Both the position numbers and the translations under genes were made by a program. The notes under the pieces were generated by a model. That model was not told where the DNA came from. It did not search any database and saw only the letters and a list, made by a program, of their open reading frames with translations. A stretch of 62,987 nucleotides of DNA, the filler included, from Octopus bimaculoides (lineage: Eukaryota): assembly GCF_001194135.2 (NCBI RefSeq). It is 7 parts of 7 records of this genome, joined end to end, with 100 filler letters (N's around TTAATTAATTAA, not from the genome) between each part and the next. Parts side by side here need not be neighbours in the genome. Positions count along the whole stretch, not along the records: positions 30,438 to 47,125 come from NC_068997.1; positions 47,226 to 54,318 come from NC_069005.1; 5 more parts are not named here. One strand, 5' to 3'. Within the stretch, counting starts at the first letter, position 1; each line of letters begins with the position of its first letter. Positions 42,081 through 53,270 of this stretch are shown one piece after another.

Positions 42081-42290
42081 TTTTTATTGCGGAAGCATCA
42101 ACGACGTTGTCATCTTACGTAGGCAAAAGGTTAGGCGAGGTCAATAAACAAAGATTCTGATTGGTCGGCTGAAGAAAAATGTGTGGCGTTATCAACAACT
42201 CGCAAACCTTTGTAAAAAGAGGCACGTTTAGTGCGATTTTGTGCGGCTCGCTTTTAAAGCTGGCTTTTTTTAATAAGCTTTTTATAAAAC
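42081..42290 (+). promoter_or_regulatory. Candidate proximal promoter/enhancer of the Hox gene
   Basis: Unique-sequence island between (GA)n tracts. It contains TTTTTATTGC (42081-42090, Cdx-type site on the minus strand), AGGTTA-ggcg-AGGTCA (42128-42143, DR4), GTCAATAAA (42140-42148), CTGATTGGTCG (42157-42167, inverted CCAAT box) and TATAAAA (42283-42289). Confidence 0.55.
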
Positions 42291-42433
42291 AATGATTTCG
42301 TCTCGACATTCATCCGCCCTCTCTCCCGCTCTTTCCTTTTCCTTTTCTTTCTTCTCTCTCTTTCCCTCTCTCTATCTCTCTTTGTCTCTTTCCCACCATC
42401 TTTCTCACTGAGACCGAACCGAACCGAACCGGC

Positions 42434-42474
<41 letters not shown>

Positions 42475-42717
42475 AACAAACACACACGCACCTGCACCCC
42501 TCCCCAACATACGGAATCACGCATTTGTTTGTATTATATATAACATAAAAGACAGAAAACAAACAATCCTCTCCCCCCCTCCCCTCAAAACAAACATACA
42601 ACAACAACAAAAAAAGCAAGATATATATATAAAAAAAAAACTCTTAAACAAGACGAAACAAATACACAACGAAACCAAAACTCCGAAAAGAAACAAAATA
42701 TTTACTTATACATACAT

Positions 42718-42792
<75 letters not shown>

Positions 42793-42826
42793 CGTGCATA
42801 CACACATATATTTACACATATTACCG

Positions 42827-42860
<34 letters not shown>

Positions 42861-43004
42861 AAAGAGAGAGGGAGTGGGAGGGGTTTTGTGTGTGTGAGTG
42901 TCTGTGTCTGTGTGCGTCTGTGTGTGTGTGCGTGTGTTTGTTGTAAATGTGTGTTGTCGTGTGTTGTTGCTGTTGTGTATCGTGGTGCTGGTGTGCGTGT
43001 TGTG

Positions 43005-43022
43005 TTTGGTTTCCTCCCACAG
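43005..43022 (+). other. Candidate 3' splice acceptor of a 5'-UTR intron
   Basis: tttggtttcctcccacAG is a polypyrimidine tract plus CAG, 89 nt upstream of the Hox ATG, at the end of a TG/GA microsatellite block. Confidence 0.5.
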
Positions 43023-43111
43023 ATGGTTTTAAACTTTCGTAATATCGTCATCGTCATCAACAGCAAAAAATATTATTACTGCTACCACCAGCATCGGAGA
43101 AGATAATCGGT

Positions 43112-43508
43112 ATGAGCTCATACTTACCGTTAAGACACGGAGCAACGCGCGGTGAAGAAATCCACAGCTCCGAAAACGCAGCCTATATGGACCATTTCCT
43201 AAACATACCAGATATATGTCCGACCAGTAACTATCACAGATCGTCTCGTTATTACATGGGTTCCTATCAGAGCGATGCCTGTCGCATGGAAGCGCTCCAG
43301 CATCGAAACCATGAACTGCGACCCGGATTACAAACGAATCGGCCGACCTTCTACCCGGACAATGCTGTGGCTGGGGTAAGAAACTGCACCGATATGCGAG
43401 CGCACTGTTCAACAAACGGCGCAGACAGTTTAAACCCATGCTCAAATCCACCCGTGCAAGCGGCTGAAGGTGAAACGACATCCTTCTACCCGTGGATGTC
43501 CATTGTAG
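43112..43508 (+). CDS. Lox2: First coding exon of a central Hox gene, Lox2/Lox4 (Ubd-A) class; homeobox exon not in window
   Basis: The ORF starts MSSYL, a variant of the Hox N-terminal SSYF motif, and ends FYPWMSIVG, with the YPWM hexapeptide at 43487-43498. The exon ends at G43508, followed by the donor GTAAGT at 43509-43514 (phase 1; 132 codons + 1 nt). From memory, MSIVG fits Lox2 better than Lox4. The paralogue call is tentative (about 0.6) without the homeodomain. Confidence 0.9.
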
Positions 43509-43514
43509 GTAAGT
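43509..43514 (+). other. 5' splice donor of the hexapeptide-homeobox intron
   Basis: GTAG|GTAAGT is a consensus donor directly after the YPWM linker; the ORF degenerates into A-rich sequence just beyond it. Confidence 0.9.
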
Positions 43515-44189
43515 TGACTAAAAGAAAAGTAACATCATAACCCCACAAAAAAAAAAAAAAGATAGAAATATTAAAGAAAAAAATGATATAAAAGAAAAAA
43601 AAAATAAGGAAAAAAACAATGAAAAGAGTGAATGAAAACATAAAATATATATAAAAAAAAGGATGGGAGTGATGTAAATAAAAAAAAAAGTGAGGGGTGG
43701 AGGGAAGAACGATAATGGATGTGGAGATATAAAAAATATATAAACTGAAGTGTTTAATGTTTGTTGTAAATGCTGGTAGGAAGGGTTTGAAATGAAGGCA
43801 GTAGCCCTTAAGTTTTTCACACTAAACTTCGAAACAAGCACGCTGAATAATANNNNNNNNNNNNNNNNNNNNNNNNNNNNNNNNNNNNNNNNNNNNNNNN
43901 NNNNNNNNNNNNNNNNNNNNNNNNNNNNNNNNNNNNNNNNNNNNNNNNNNNNNNNNNNNNNNNNNNNNNNNNNNNNNNNNNNNNNNNNNNNNNNNNNNNN
44001 NNNNNNNNNNNNNNNNAATGCATCTATTCGTGAGCTTTAGAAAATATTAGTAAAGGATTTCGTTGTTTATATATGTATAAATTTATCTGTATGTTTATAT
44101 ATTCATAATTGGCTATAAAAATAATTTAATAACTAAGTAACATTCATTATCTGTACTTTTATTATTATCATTATTATCATTATTATCAC

Positions 44190-44600
44190 CGAGTACGAAG
44201 CGTCGGAGTGGCAGACTCATTAGAGTGTTATCCATAATAAAATGTCTACCGGCTATTTTACATTCTGAGTTCTAATTCTACAGAGGTCAAATTTATTTTT
44301 TATTCTCTCAGTGGTCGATAAAATATAGTACCAGTGTAATACAAGGGGGTCAATTTAAAGAATTAAAGGCTGGATGTGAATTATTATTAGTTTAGGGGCC
44401 GGCATTTGGCAAATCATTACAATAACACATTAAAATGTCATGCCAATTTTATTATGCCCATACAATTTCTGGCTAAATTCTAACTTCGTCAGGATCAGCT
44501 TTATCTTTTATGCTTTTGGAATCTATAAAACATGTAAGGTCCAGTCAGTTGGAGAAGTTCGATCTATATAATCGATTGCCAGTTATTCCCTATATCCCCT
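44190..44600 (+). mobile_element. Two highly degenerate SINE family A copies in the Hox intron
   Basis: TGGCAGA head, CTGAGTTCTAATTC, GGTCGATAAAATATAGTACCAG core; second head at about 44396. Confidence 0.55.
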
Positions 44601-44651
44601 ATATCGATTAGCTGTGTCATAAATGGCAGGGTGACGTATATAATAATGATG

Positions 44652-44685
<34 letters not shown>

Positions 44686-45640
44686 TGATGATAATTTTAA
44701 TAATAATAATAATAATGCCTGGTCTTATTGAATGTCATCCTTGAGGTTTGCCCCACGTTGACCTGAAGATATTTTGGAAAGGGTTGATGCGGTTTAATAG
44801 GAAGGCAGCGTTGATTAAACAGACTTATGGTGATAGAAAAATCCAACAATAACCGAAAGTTTTAGATTTGTATAGCACAGTGGTATCTTAACGTATGTGC
44901 TCACTGGCTAGCCTTCTGGGTTCCCTTCAATTTTAGGGCCCCAACGCTAATCCATGTGCATTGTGATTGTATAAGAGTGGGTCCCAGTGCATAGTGTTAC
45001 CCGAAGACTTATCATGACAAAACATCGCTAGTGTGCAGGACTATATTACCCAATAAAACAGCATGCTATTAGCTAATATAGCAATTTTAAACCAGGCATG
45101 CTCTCAGAATTCCAGGTTGGAAAGTTTGATATTCCAGCGAGGAATTTAGGTTAAGAAATTCTTTATAAATACACACACATTTTGTAAGATATATAGTAAC
45201 CTTTAACGATTATTTAAAGAGTACAAATGTTAAATTAACATAAGGCTTAAGTAATAAATCGCCTTGGATACTAGTCTACTTATATGTGATATATATCAAG
45301 TGATGAAGAAATAGAGTTTCCATAATTTGATAAGGATTTGGTTGTTATTTCTAAGAAGCGAGCACTCCGTATAGGCTCAAATTTTAAGATTTGCTACCAT
45401 TTATCTTTATTGTCTTTTTATCTTTTGCTTTTTTTGTGTGTGGGGTGGGGGTGGGGGGTACGGGCGTTTAAATTTGATAAAGTAAGTACTACAAATGTAT
45501 TAGTTTTAATTAAATTAATTATATTAACCTTCTCTATGAATCTGTGGCTGTGATACCATGCAGCAAATTAGTATTATATAACAGTTATAATAATATTTAT
45601 ATCGACAATTATAATATCATCATCATCATCATCATCATCA

Positions 45641-45728
<88 letters not shown>

Positions 45729-45734
45729 CATTAT

Positions 45735-45773
<39 letters not shown>

Positions 45774-46490
45774 CATTAGAGATTTTGTTGTCATTATTAT
45801 TAAGACACTGAATGGAAGTTATCTAAAACAAAACAAACAAATACCTGTCCTGGTACATTATTGAATTTATTTATTGCTGTTCAACCCTAGGTCAAGACTG
45901 CACCATCAGACCTATCGATGATCAAAGGTAATGTTTGTCATTGCCAAGAACATCATGTTATTTTTGAATTTTCAGTATATACTTCGATATTGAAGATTGC
46001 TGAATGTGTGATTTCAAAGCGATTTAACTGCTACTTTCACCGGGTCAACAGAGCACGCAGAGAGTGCATCGTTCGACTGATTCAATTTCCCTGTGTGTGC
46101 ATTTGAAGCTATAACAGAAAAAGAATGAAAGCCCAATCTATTTTTGATTTCAGGTTTAAATGTACCAGTAAAACTATGTGTAGGAGCAGAAATGTGGTAA
46201 TATATATGTACATGTACGTAAATATATACATGCTTATATACGAATATATATAAATCTATTTATCTCACATCAGTGTGTGCATACATACATACATACATAN
46301 NNNNNNNNNNNNNNNNNNNNNNNNNNNNNNNNNNNNNNNNNNNNNNNNNNNNNNNNNNNNNNNNNNNNNNNNNNNNNNNNNNNNNNNNNNNNNNNNNNNN
46401 NNNNNNNNNNNNNNNNNNNNNNNNNNNNNNNNNNNNNNNNNNNNNNNNNNNNNNNNNNNNNNNNNNNNNNNNNNNNNNNNNNNNNNNNNN

Positions 46491-46559
<69 letters not shown>

Positions 46560-47090
46560 AGACAAAATGGATTTAATGATGGAAAGAAAAGATACAAAGT
46601 AGAGAGGAAGAATAAGGAGTGAAAATGTGTGATGAGATGGAGACAGAGGGTAGAAGCATGAACCAGAAATAAAACGAATTTTCAGAAGTGCTTAGGGATA
46701 AGACTTGATGATGATGAGGGCCTCATAGAAGATGGGAGAACAGAGTTAGTAGTAATTTAAATGAAATCAAATACATATGTATGTATCTATGTTTGTATGA
46801 ATACATGTATGTATGTATGTATGTACATATATATGTTTGTGTATGTATGTATATGTTCTCAATGCATGCATATAAGTATAGATGTATGAATCTATGTGTT
46901 TGTAGCTATGTATTTACATATGTATGTATTCAGACGGATAAAAATATTTAAAAAAATTTAGGCACAAAACATGAATCAGGGAATGCAAATAAATGGAAAA
47001 ACACACGAAGGCGCAAACATATTTATCACTACGCAAACATGTATATCGATAAATATCTATATAACACACAACACACAAGGACACACACAC

Positions 47091-47125
<35 letters not shown>

Positions 47126-47225
47126 NNNNNNNNNNNNNNNNNNNNNNNNNNNNNNNNNNNNNNNNNNNNTTAATTAATTAANNNNNNNNNNNNNNNNNNN
47201 NNNNNNNNNNNNNNNNNNNNNNNNN
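47126..47225. other. Artificial scaffold spacer
   Basis: Same 44+12+44 layout. Confidence 0.95.
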
Positions 47226-47229
47226 TATA

Positions 47230-47286
<57 letters not shown>

Positions 47287-47859
47287 GTGTGCACAATTTG
47301 TATGTATGTATTCTGCATATCCATGTGCTTGTGTGTGTGTTTGTGTTTGTATGTATGTATGTATGTATGTGTGTATCTATCTCTGTCTCCTTGTGTGTGC
47401 ATGTTTGTGTATGTCTGTGTATGAGTTTGGGTGACTATATAAACTGTAGGTATTGGGGTATGGCACTTTCATTCATTTTCATTTTTCATTTTATCTAGTT
47501 TCAGCTCATGAGCTGTGGCCATGCTGGGGCACCGCCAGTACTGTGATGGCTGACATCTCTCACTTGCAACTGCTTCCTATTCCTTGATATAAAAAAAAAA
47601 GACACCCCCTCCCCCATACACACACATCTCTGCACCCTTTTAGGTCTCACAAGTTAAGTAGTATTTATCTCCACTTAAACACGGATGTTCTGCTAGAACA
47701 AACTTTACTGCGGTATTTACCATGAGAAAAAATCTCATATTGGCATTTTGGTGCAAAATGACCTCATTTATATTGCTAGCAGGGAGATAAATCCCTGCCA
47801 CCTCCAGCACCAAGAACACCAGATCACGTGGTTTCAACCTTCTTTGGTCTCATCAGTGA

Positions 47860-48135
47860 TGGATGTTCAACCACTAGAGATAGCAGGGCAAAGTCGACCT
47901 AGACGGAATTTGAACTTGGAACATAAAGATTGAAAAAATGCCTCTTAGCCAGTGTTTCCCAACCTGTGGTCTGCAGATCCCTGCTGGTCTGCAAAGGTAG
48001 TAGTGAGGGTCCATGAACATGTCCTGGAGTCCATGAGAGAACTCATTTAAATAAAAGGGGTCTTTGGTAGTGGAAAGGTTGGGGACCACTGTTCTAAGCA
48101 TTCTGCCCAACATGCTAATGGTTCTGCCAGCTCAC
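47860..48135 (-). mobile_element. SINE family A interrupted by a MITE
   Basis: GGCAAAGTCGACCT..TTTGAACT on the left and CTAAGCATT..TTCTGCCAGCTC on the right of the insertion. Confidence 0.75.
47950..48091. mobile_element. hAT (Charlie-like) MITE, 142 bp
   Basis: 16-bp TIRs CAGTGTTTCCCAACCT / AGGTTGGGGACCACTG (2 mismatches); degenerate 8-bp TSD CTCTTAGC / TTCTAAGC (6 of 8 identical). Confidence 0.75.
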
Positions 48136-48334
48136 CACATTAAGCTTTTTTAGATATTACTAGCAAGACAGCTATTAAAAGAATGGAGGCGTTGACTTCT
48201 TTGTAAGAAATCTGTAGAAATTATGAGGTGACTTCATGCTACAGGAACCAGCCTGGAACAAAATACATGGCATGTGAAGCAGCATTGTAAAACAAACAAA
48301 CTCAGCTGTCAGGTTGGGTAAAAATTTGTCATTA

Positions 48335-48615
48335 GCAACACCAGTGATTTGTTAAGGAGATGGCAAAGGACTGAGACACCTGATGTCCCGTTATACTCAA
48401 GAAGACCCCCTCCGCCACAGCAGAATTGATACCGGCGTTGGTGCCACATGTAAAGCACCCAGTGCACTCTGTAGAGTAGTTGGCATTAAGAAGGGCATCC
48501 AGCTGTAGAAACCATGCCAAAACAGACAATGGAGCCTGGTGCAGCCTCTAGCCTTACCAGCTCGGGTCAAACCATCCAGCCCATACCAGCATGGAAAATG
48601 GAGGTTAAATAATAA
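48335..48615 (+). mobile_element. RTE-type LINE 3' end / 3' UTR fragment
   Basis: Degenerate ORF end FVKEMAKD*DT*CPVILKKT, then AAAGCACCCAG..GTTGGCATTAAGAAGGGCATCCAGCTGTAGAAACC, a tail recalled from RTE-type elements, ending in TAATAAT. Confidence 0.55.
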
Positions 48616-49300
48616 TGTCGATGAAGAGGAGAGTTTTCTGTGTCTGTAGAAGCAAAATTTGTCTAAGCACACAATTAATAGCAGATACTTGCTGCTGATA
48701 ATGTGCAAAGACACAGAAATCCTGATTCAGCAATTCCACCATGGCTGATAGACTTCTGCCAGAGATGTACCACCTGGGTAGGCAAGGTAGGCAGTTGCTT
48801 ACCCTGAATGAAATAGATCGATAGTAACGTTTTCCTTTTATGGTAAAATAAGCACCTAATTCAATAAAATTATGAAGGTTACTCTGATTACTATGCATAA
48901 AATGCAAAATATTTTATTTTTTTATAGATTATGTAGGCATAATTCGCCCCTGCCTTTCAATTTCAGTATTAAAGCTACGCATAGTACTGCTGTAGTACAT
49001 GTGCTGCGTACATTCCTACAACAACGTTTTCTTTACGCACTATAAAGGCAGAAGTAAATCTGCTTCCAACTCAGTCACACGCCTGTGTTTCGCTTATTGT
49101 TTTGTGTGTTTTACTACATAAATGTCACCAACTGCTTACCCTGAGTAATTACTCATGGCATGAGCCTGACTTCTGCACTTTTTTAGCGAAATACATCTAT
49201 ACAAGAAGCTTTCTCAAGATGACTACTGCAGTTTTGTGGCTTTCAATAGTATATCGATATTAAGATATAAAGAAGAACTAACACTGCTTCTGTTGCTAAT

Positions 49301-49690
49301 AGGCACAGGAGTGGCTGTGTGGTAAGAAGCTTGCTTCCCAACCACATAGTGCTGGGTTCAGTCCCACTGCCTGGCACTTTGGGCGAGTGTCCTTGGGCCA
49401 ACCAAAGCCTTGTAAGTGGATTCGATTGATGGAAACTGAAAGAAGCCCATCATATATGTATATATGTGTGTGTGTCTTTGTGGTCTCTGTCCCCCACCAC
49501 TGCTGTTTGACAACCAGTGTTGGTGTGTTTAGATCTCTATAACCTAGCAGTTCGGCAAGAGAGACCAATAGAATCAGTACCAGGCTTCATAGAATAATAA
49601 GTACTGGGGTTGGTCTATTCGACTAAAAATTTTTCAAGATGGTGCCCCAGCATGGCCACAGTCTAATGACTGAAACCAGTAAAAGAATAA
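49301..49690 (+). mobile_element. SINE family B, full length
   Basis: A box TGGCTGTGTGG, B box GGGTTCAGTCCC, short internal (TA)/(TG) tract at about 49451-49476, 3' end TGACTGAAACCAGTAAAAGAATAA. Confidence 0.85.
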
Positions 49691-50800
49691 CGAATGTGTG
49701 TGTGTATGCATGCATGTATGTGCATGCATGTGTATGCATGTATATGTGTACACGCTTGTGTGTGTGTGTGTGTGTGTTCCTCCTCCTACCACTGACATAA
49801 TATATATCATTGCTCAAAGTTTTGTCTGTCCTGATTTTCTTTCCTTGAGAGTCTTTACCATTTTTTTTTTTCTTCCTTCCTTTCTTTCTTTCTGCTGACA
49901 TGACATTACCCTCCCCCCCTCTTCTTCCCNNNNNNNNNNNNNNNNNNNNNNNNNNNNNNNNNNNNNNNNNNNNNNNNNNNNNNNNNNNNNNNNNNNNNNN
50001 NNNNNNNNNNNNNNNNNNNNNNNNNNNNNNNNNNNNNNNNNNNNNNNNNNNNNNNNNNNNNNNNNNNNNNNNNNNNNNNNNNNNNNNNNNNNNNNNNNNN
50101 NNNNNNNNNNNNNNNNNNNNNNNNNNNNNNNNNNNNNNNNNNNNNNNNNNNNNNNNNNNNNNNNNNNNNNNNNNNNNNNNNNNNNNNNNNNNNNNNNNNN
50201 NNNNNNNNNNNNNNNNNNNNNNNNNNNNNNNNNNNNNNNNNNNNNNNNNNNNNNNNNNNNNNNNNNNNNNNNNNNNNNNNNNNNNNNNNNNNNNNNNNNN
50301 NNNNNNNNNNNNNNNNNNNNNNNNNNNNNNNNNNNNNNNNNNNNNNNNNNNNNNNNNNNNNNNNNNNNNNNNNNNNNNNNNNNNNNNNNNNNNNNNNNNN
50401 NNNNNNNNNNNNNNNNNNNNNNNNNNNNNNNNNNNNNNNNNNNNNNNNNNNNNNNNNNNNNNNNNNNNNNNNNNNNNNNNNNNNNNNNNNNNNNNNNNNN
50501 NNNNNNNNNNNNNNNNNNNNNNNNNNNNNNNNNNNNNNNNNNNNNNNNNNNNNNNNNNNNNNNNNNNNNNNNNNNNNNNNNNNNNNNNNNNNNNNNNNNN
50601 NNNNNNNNNNNNNNNNNNNNNNNNNNNNNNNNNNNNNNNNNNNNNNNNNNNNNNNNNNNNNNNNNNNNNNNNNNNNNNNNNNNNNNNNNNNNNNNNNNNN
50701 NNNNNNNNNNNNNNNNNNNNNNNNNNNNNNNNNNNNNNNNNNNNNNNNNNNNNNNNNNNNGGGTACAAACACACACACACACACACACATATATATGCGA

Positions 50801-50948
50801 TGGGGCTTCTTTCAGTTTCCATCTGTCAAATCTACTCACAAGGTTTTGGTCGGCCCGAGGCTATAGAAGACTTGCCCAAGATACCATATATATGTGGGAC
50901 TGAACCCATATATATGTGGTTGGTAAGCAAGCTACTTACCACAAAGCC
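50801..50948 (-). mobile_element. SINE family B head
   Basis: GGGCTTCTTTCAGTTTCC..GGCCCGAGGCTATAG..GGGACTGAACCC; abuts (CA)/(TA)n and a gap. Confidence 0.8.
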
Positions 50949-51072
50949 CCCTTTTTTTTTTTTTTAATTGCTTTTTTCTACTTGGTCCTCTCCATCATGA
51001 TGATTGTGCTATAATGGTTCTTCATAGAAAGAACCATAACAAAATATTTAATCATTGAAATATCTACATATG

Positions 51073-51330
51073 TTTTAAGCATTATCACAATATACCCAGT
51101 ATTTTAAGCATTATCACAATATACCCAGTATTCTAAATATTTTTTGCAATATACCCAGTATTTTAACATTGTCTCGATATACCTAGTATTTCAAATATCC
51201 CAATGTACCTAGTATTTTAAATATCCCAATGTACCGAGTATTTTTAAATATCCCAATGTACCTAGTATTTTAATGATTATCCCTGTACACTCTAGTATTT
51301 TAAACATGTCCAGAGGTGCAAGTATTTTAA
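51073..51330. repeat. Minisatellite, about nine units of 26-30 bp
   Basis: The first two 29-bp units (TTTTAAGCATTATCACAATATACCCAGTA) are identical; later units drift to TTTTAAATATCCCAATGTACCTAGTA. Confidence 0.85.
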
Positions 51331-51747
51331 ACCAGAGATTAACAGGGTAAATGTTTTGAACAGGTTTGCCCAACATACAATATAGTTTCTTGAAAAGTAC
51401 AACAACAACAATTGTAAAAAAAGAAAAGAACGAAAAAGAAAGAAAAAAGAACATTAGTTGATAGGAATGATGACTTTAACACAATTCCTCTGCAGAATTC
51501 TTCGCTCCTTGCTTCAAACAGATTTGAAGATAGGTGAAAGAGAAGAGAATATAGTCGACCAAAAATAACTCCTGTTCCTCTCAGATGTTGTTCCTAGAAA
51601 CGTGTAACTGGATCTAAAGGTGGAAGAAAAAAATCAATTTTCTTTCAACTGAATTCAAGAATTTGGCAGGAAATCTTTAAGGGAAAAAGAACAAAAAACA
51701 AAAAAAAAAAACGAATAAATAAACGTGTAATAATAATAATAATAATA

Positions 51748-51790
<43 letters not shown>

Positions 51791-52189
51791 GTAAAACTAG
51801 AACTTAAAAGTCTGAATATTGGAACAATTAACTTGCTGGATACATCACCTCAGGCTAATAATAATAATAATAATAATAAGGGGTTTTTTTTTCCCTCTCT
51901 CTCTTCTTGATTCTTTTATCTGGGTTTTCTTTCATCTGTTTTTCGTATTCTCTTCTTTTGGTTAACAGTGCGTATGCACACATGTATGTTTATATATGTG
52001 TGTATGTGGATATGTATGTATGTGTGTGTGTGTGTGTGTGTGCATGTGTGCTTCTGTATGTGTGTATGTTTGTGAGTGTGTATGTAAAGTATGTATGTGG
52101 CCTGTACCTCATTATCTTATTTCATTTACACACAGCTCTGCAGTTTTTTCATGTTTGTAATATCTGAAGTAGAAAACTAATAATCATTA

Positions 52190-52660
52190 AGTGTGTGTGT
52201 GGATTATACATATGTGTGTGAGAGTTTGTGTGTGTTACACATGCATTTGTGCGTGTGTGTTGTACTTGTATCTGTACTTATGTGTTGTACATGTGTGTGC
52301 ATGTGTGTTGCATGTGCGTATGTGTGTGCATGTGATGTACGTGCATGTGTGTGCATGTGTGTTGTATGTGCGCATGTGTGTGCATGTGATGTGTGTGCAT
52401 GTGTGTTGTACGTGTGTATGTGTGTGCACGTGTGTTGTACATGTGTATGTGTGTGCATGTGTGTTGTACATGTGTATGTGTTGTACATGTGTGTGTATGT
52501 TGTACATGTGAATGTGTGTGCATGTGTATTTTATGTGTGTGTGTATGCATGTGTGTTGTACATGTGTATGTGTGTATCTGTGCATTTGTGTTCTACTTGT
52601 GTTTGTGTGTGTCATGTGCTGTATGTGTGTTATATTTGTGTGTTGTATATGTGCCTGTGT
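52190..52660. repeat. Compound TG/CA microsatellite-derived array
   Basis: Recurring TGTGTGTTGTACATGTG and TGTGTGCATG units. Confidence 0.8.
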
Positions 52661-52821
52661 GTGTTGGCAACAACAGCACTTAAGTAGGGTCTCAGAAACT
52701 CATTCAGAACAAGTCATGAACTTGGAAGAGTGTTGATACGATCTCAATGTGGAGCCACTTTAAAACACTTAAAGGTTCCTTGGCATTAATGGTGTATCAG
52801 CAAAAACATTCAACATGATAG

Positions 52822-52980
52822 ATGCAGGTGTTGTTGGATGGTAGGAAGTTTGCTTCCCAACCACATGGTTCCAGGTTCAGTCCCACTGCATGGCACCTTG
52901 GGCAAGCATCTTCTACTCTCGCCCTGGCTTCATCGAAGCCATACATGTAGATTTGATAGATGGAAATTGAAAGAAGCCCA
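52822..52980 (+). mobile_element. SINE family B head
   Basis: GCTTCCCAACCACATGGTTCCAGGTTCAGTCCCACTGCATGGCACCTTGGGCAAG; ends GAAAGAAGCCC followed by (TA)n and a gap. Confidence 0.85.
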
Positions 52981-53005
52981 ATATATATATATATGTATAT
53001 CTAGA

Positions 53006-53051
<46 letters not shown>

Positions 53052-53218
53052 NNNNNNNNNNNNNNNNNNNNNNNNNNNNNNNNNNNNNNNNNNNNNNNNN
53101 NNNNNNNNNNNNNNNNNNNNNNNNNNNNNNNNNNNNNNNNNNNNNNNNNNNNNNNNNNNNNNNNNNNNNNNNNNNNNNNNNNNNNNNNNNNNNNNNNNNN
53201 NNNNNNNNNNNNNNNNNN

Positions 53219-53270
<52 letters not shown>

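Noticed and set aside
40370-42860. (GA)n tracts as Polycomb/GAGA elements near the Hox promoter
   Set aside because: (GA)n tracts occur throughout the window, so proximity is uninformative.
43529-43534. Alternative donor GTAACA (analogue of the Ubx b element)
   Set aside because: It lies 20 nt from the main donor, so it is not frame-preserving, and it is a weak site.
44715-45120. Possible R4/Dong RLE domain relic after (TAA)n
   Set aside because: Only faint similarity (NRLMVIEK; LLANIAIL) with stops; cannot be supported without a profile search.
46141-46202. Acceptor TTTTTGATTTCAG as a micro-exon start
   Set aside because: Nearby donors give 14- or 43-nt exons, not multiples of three.
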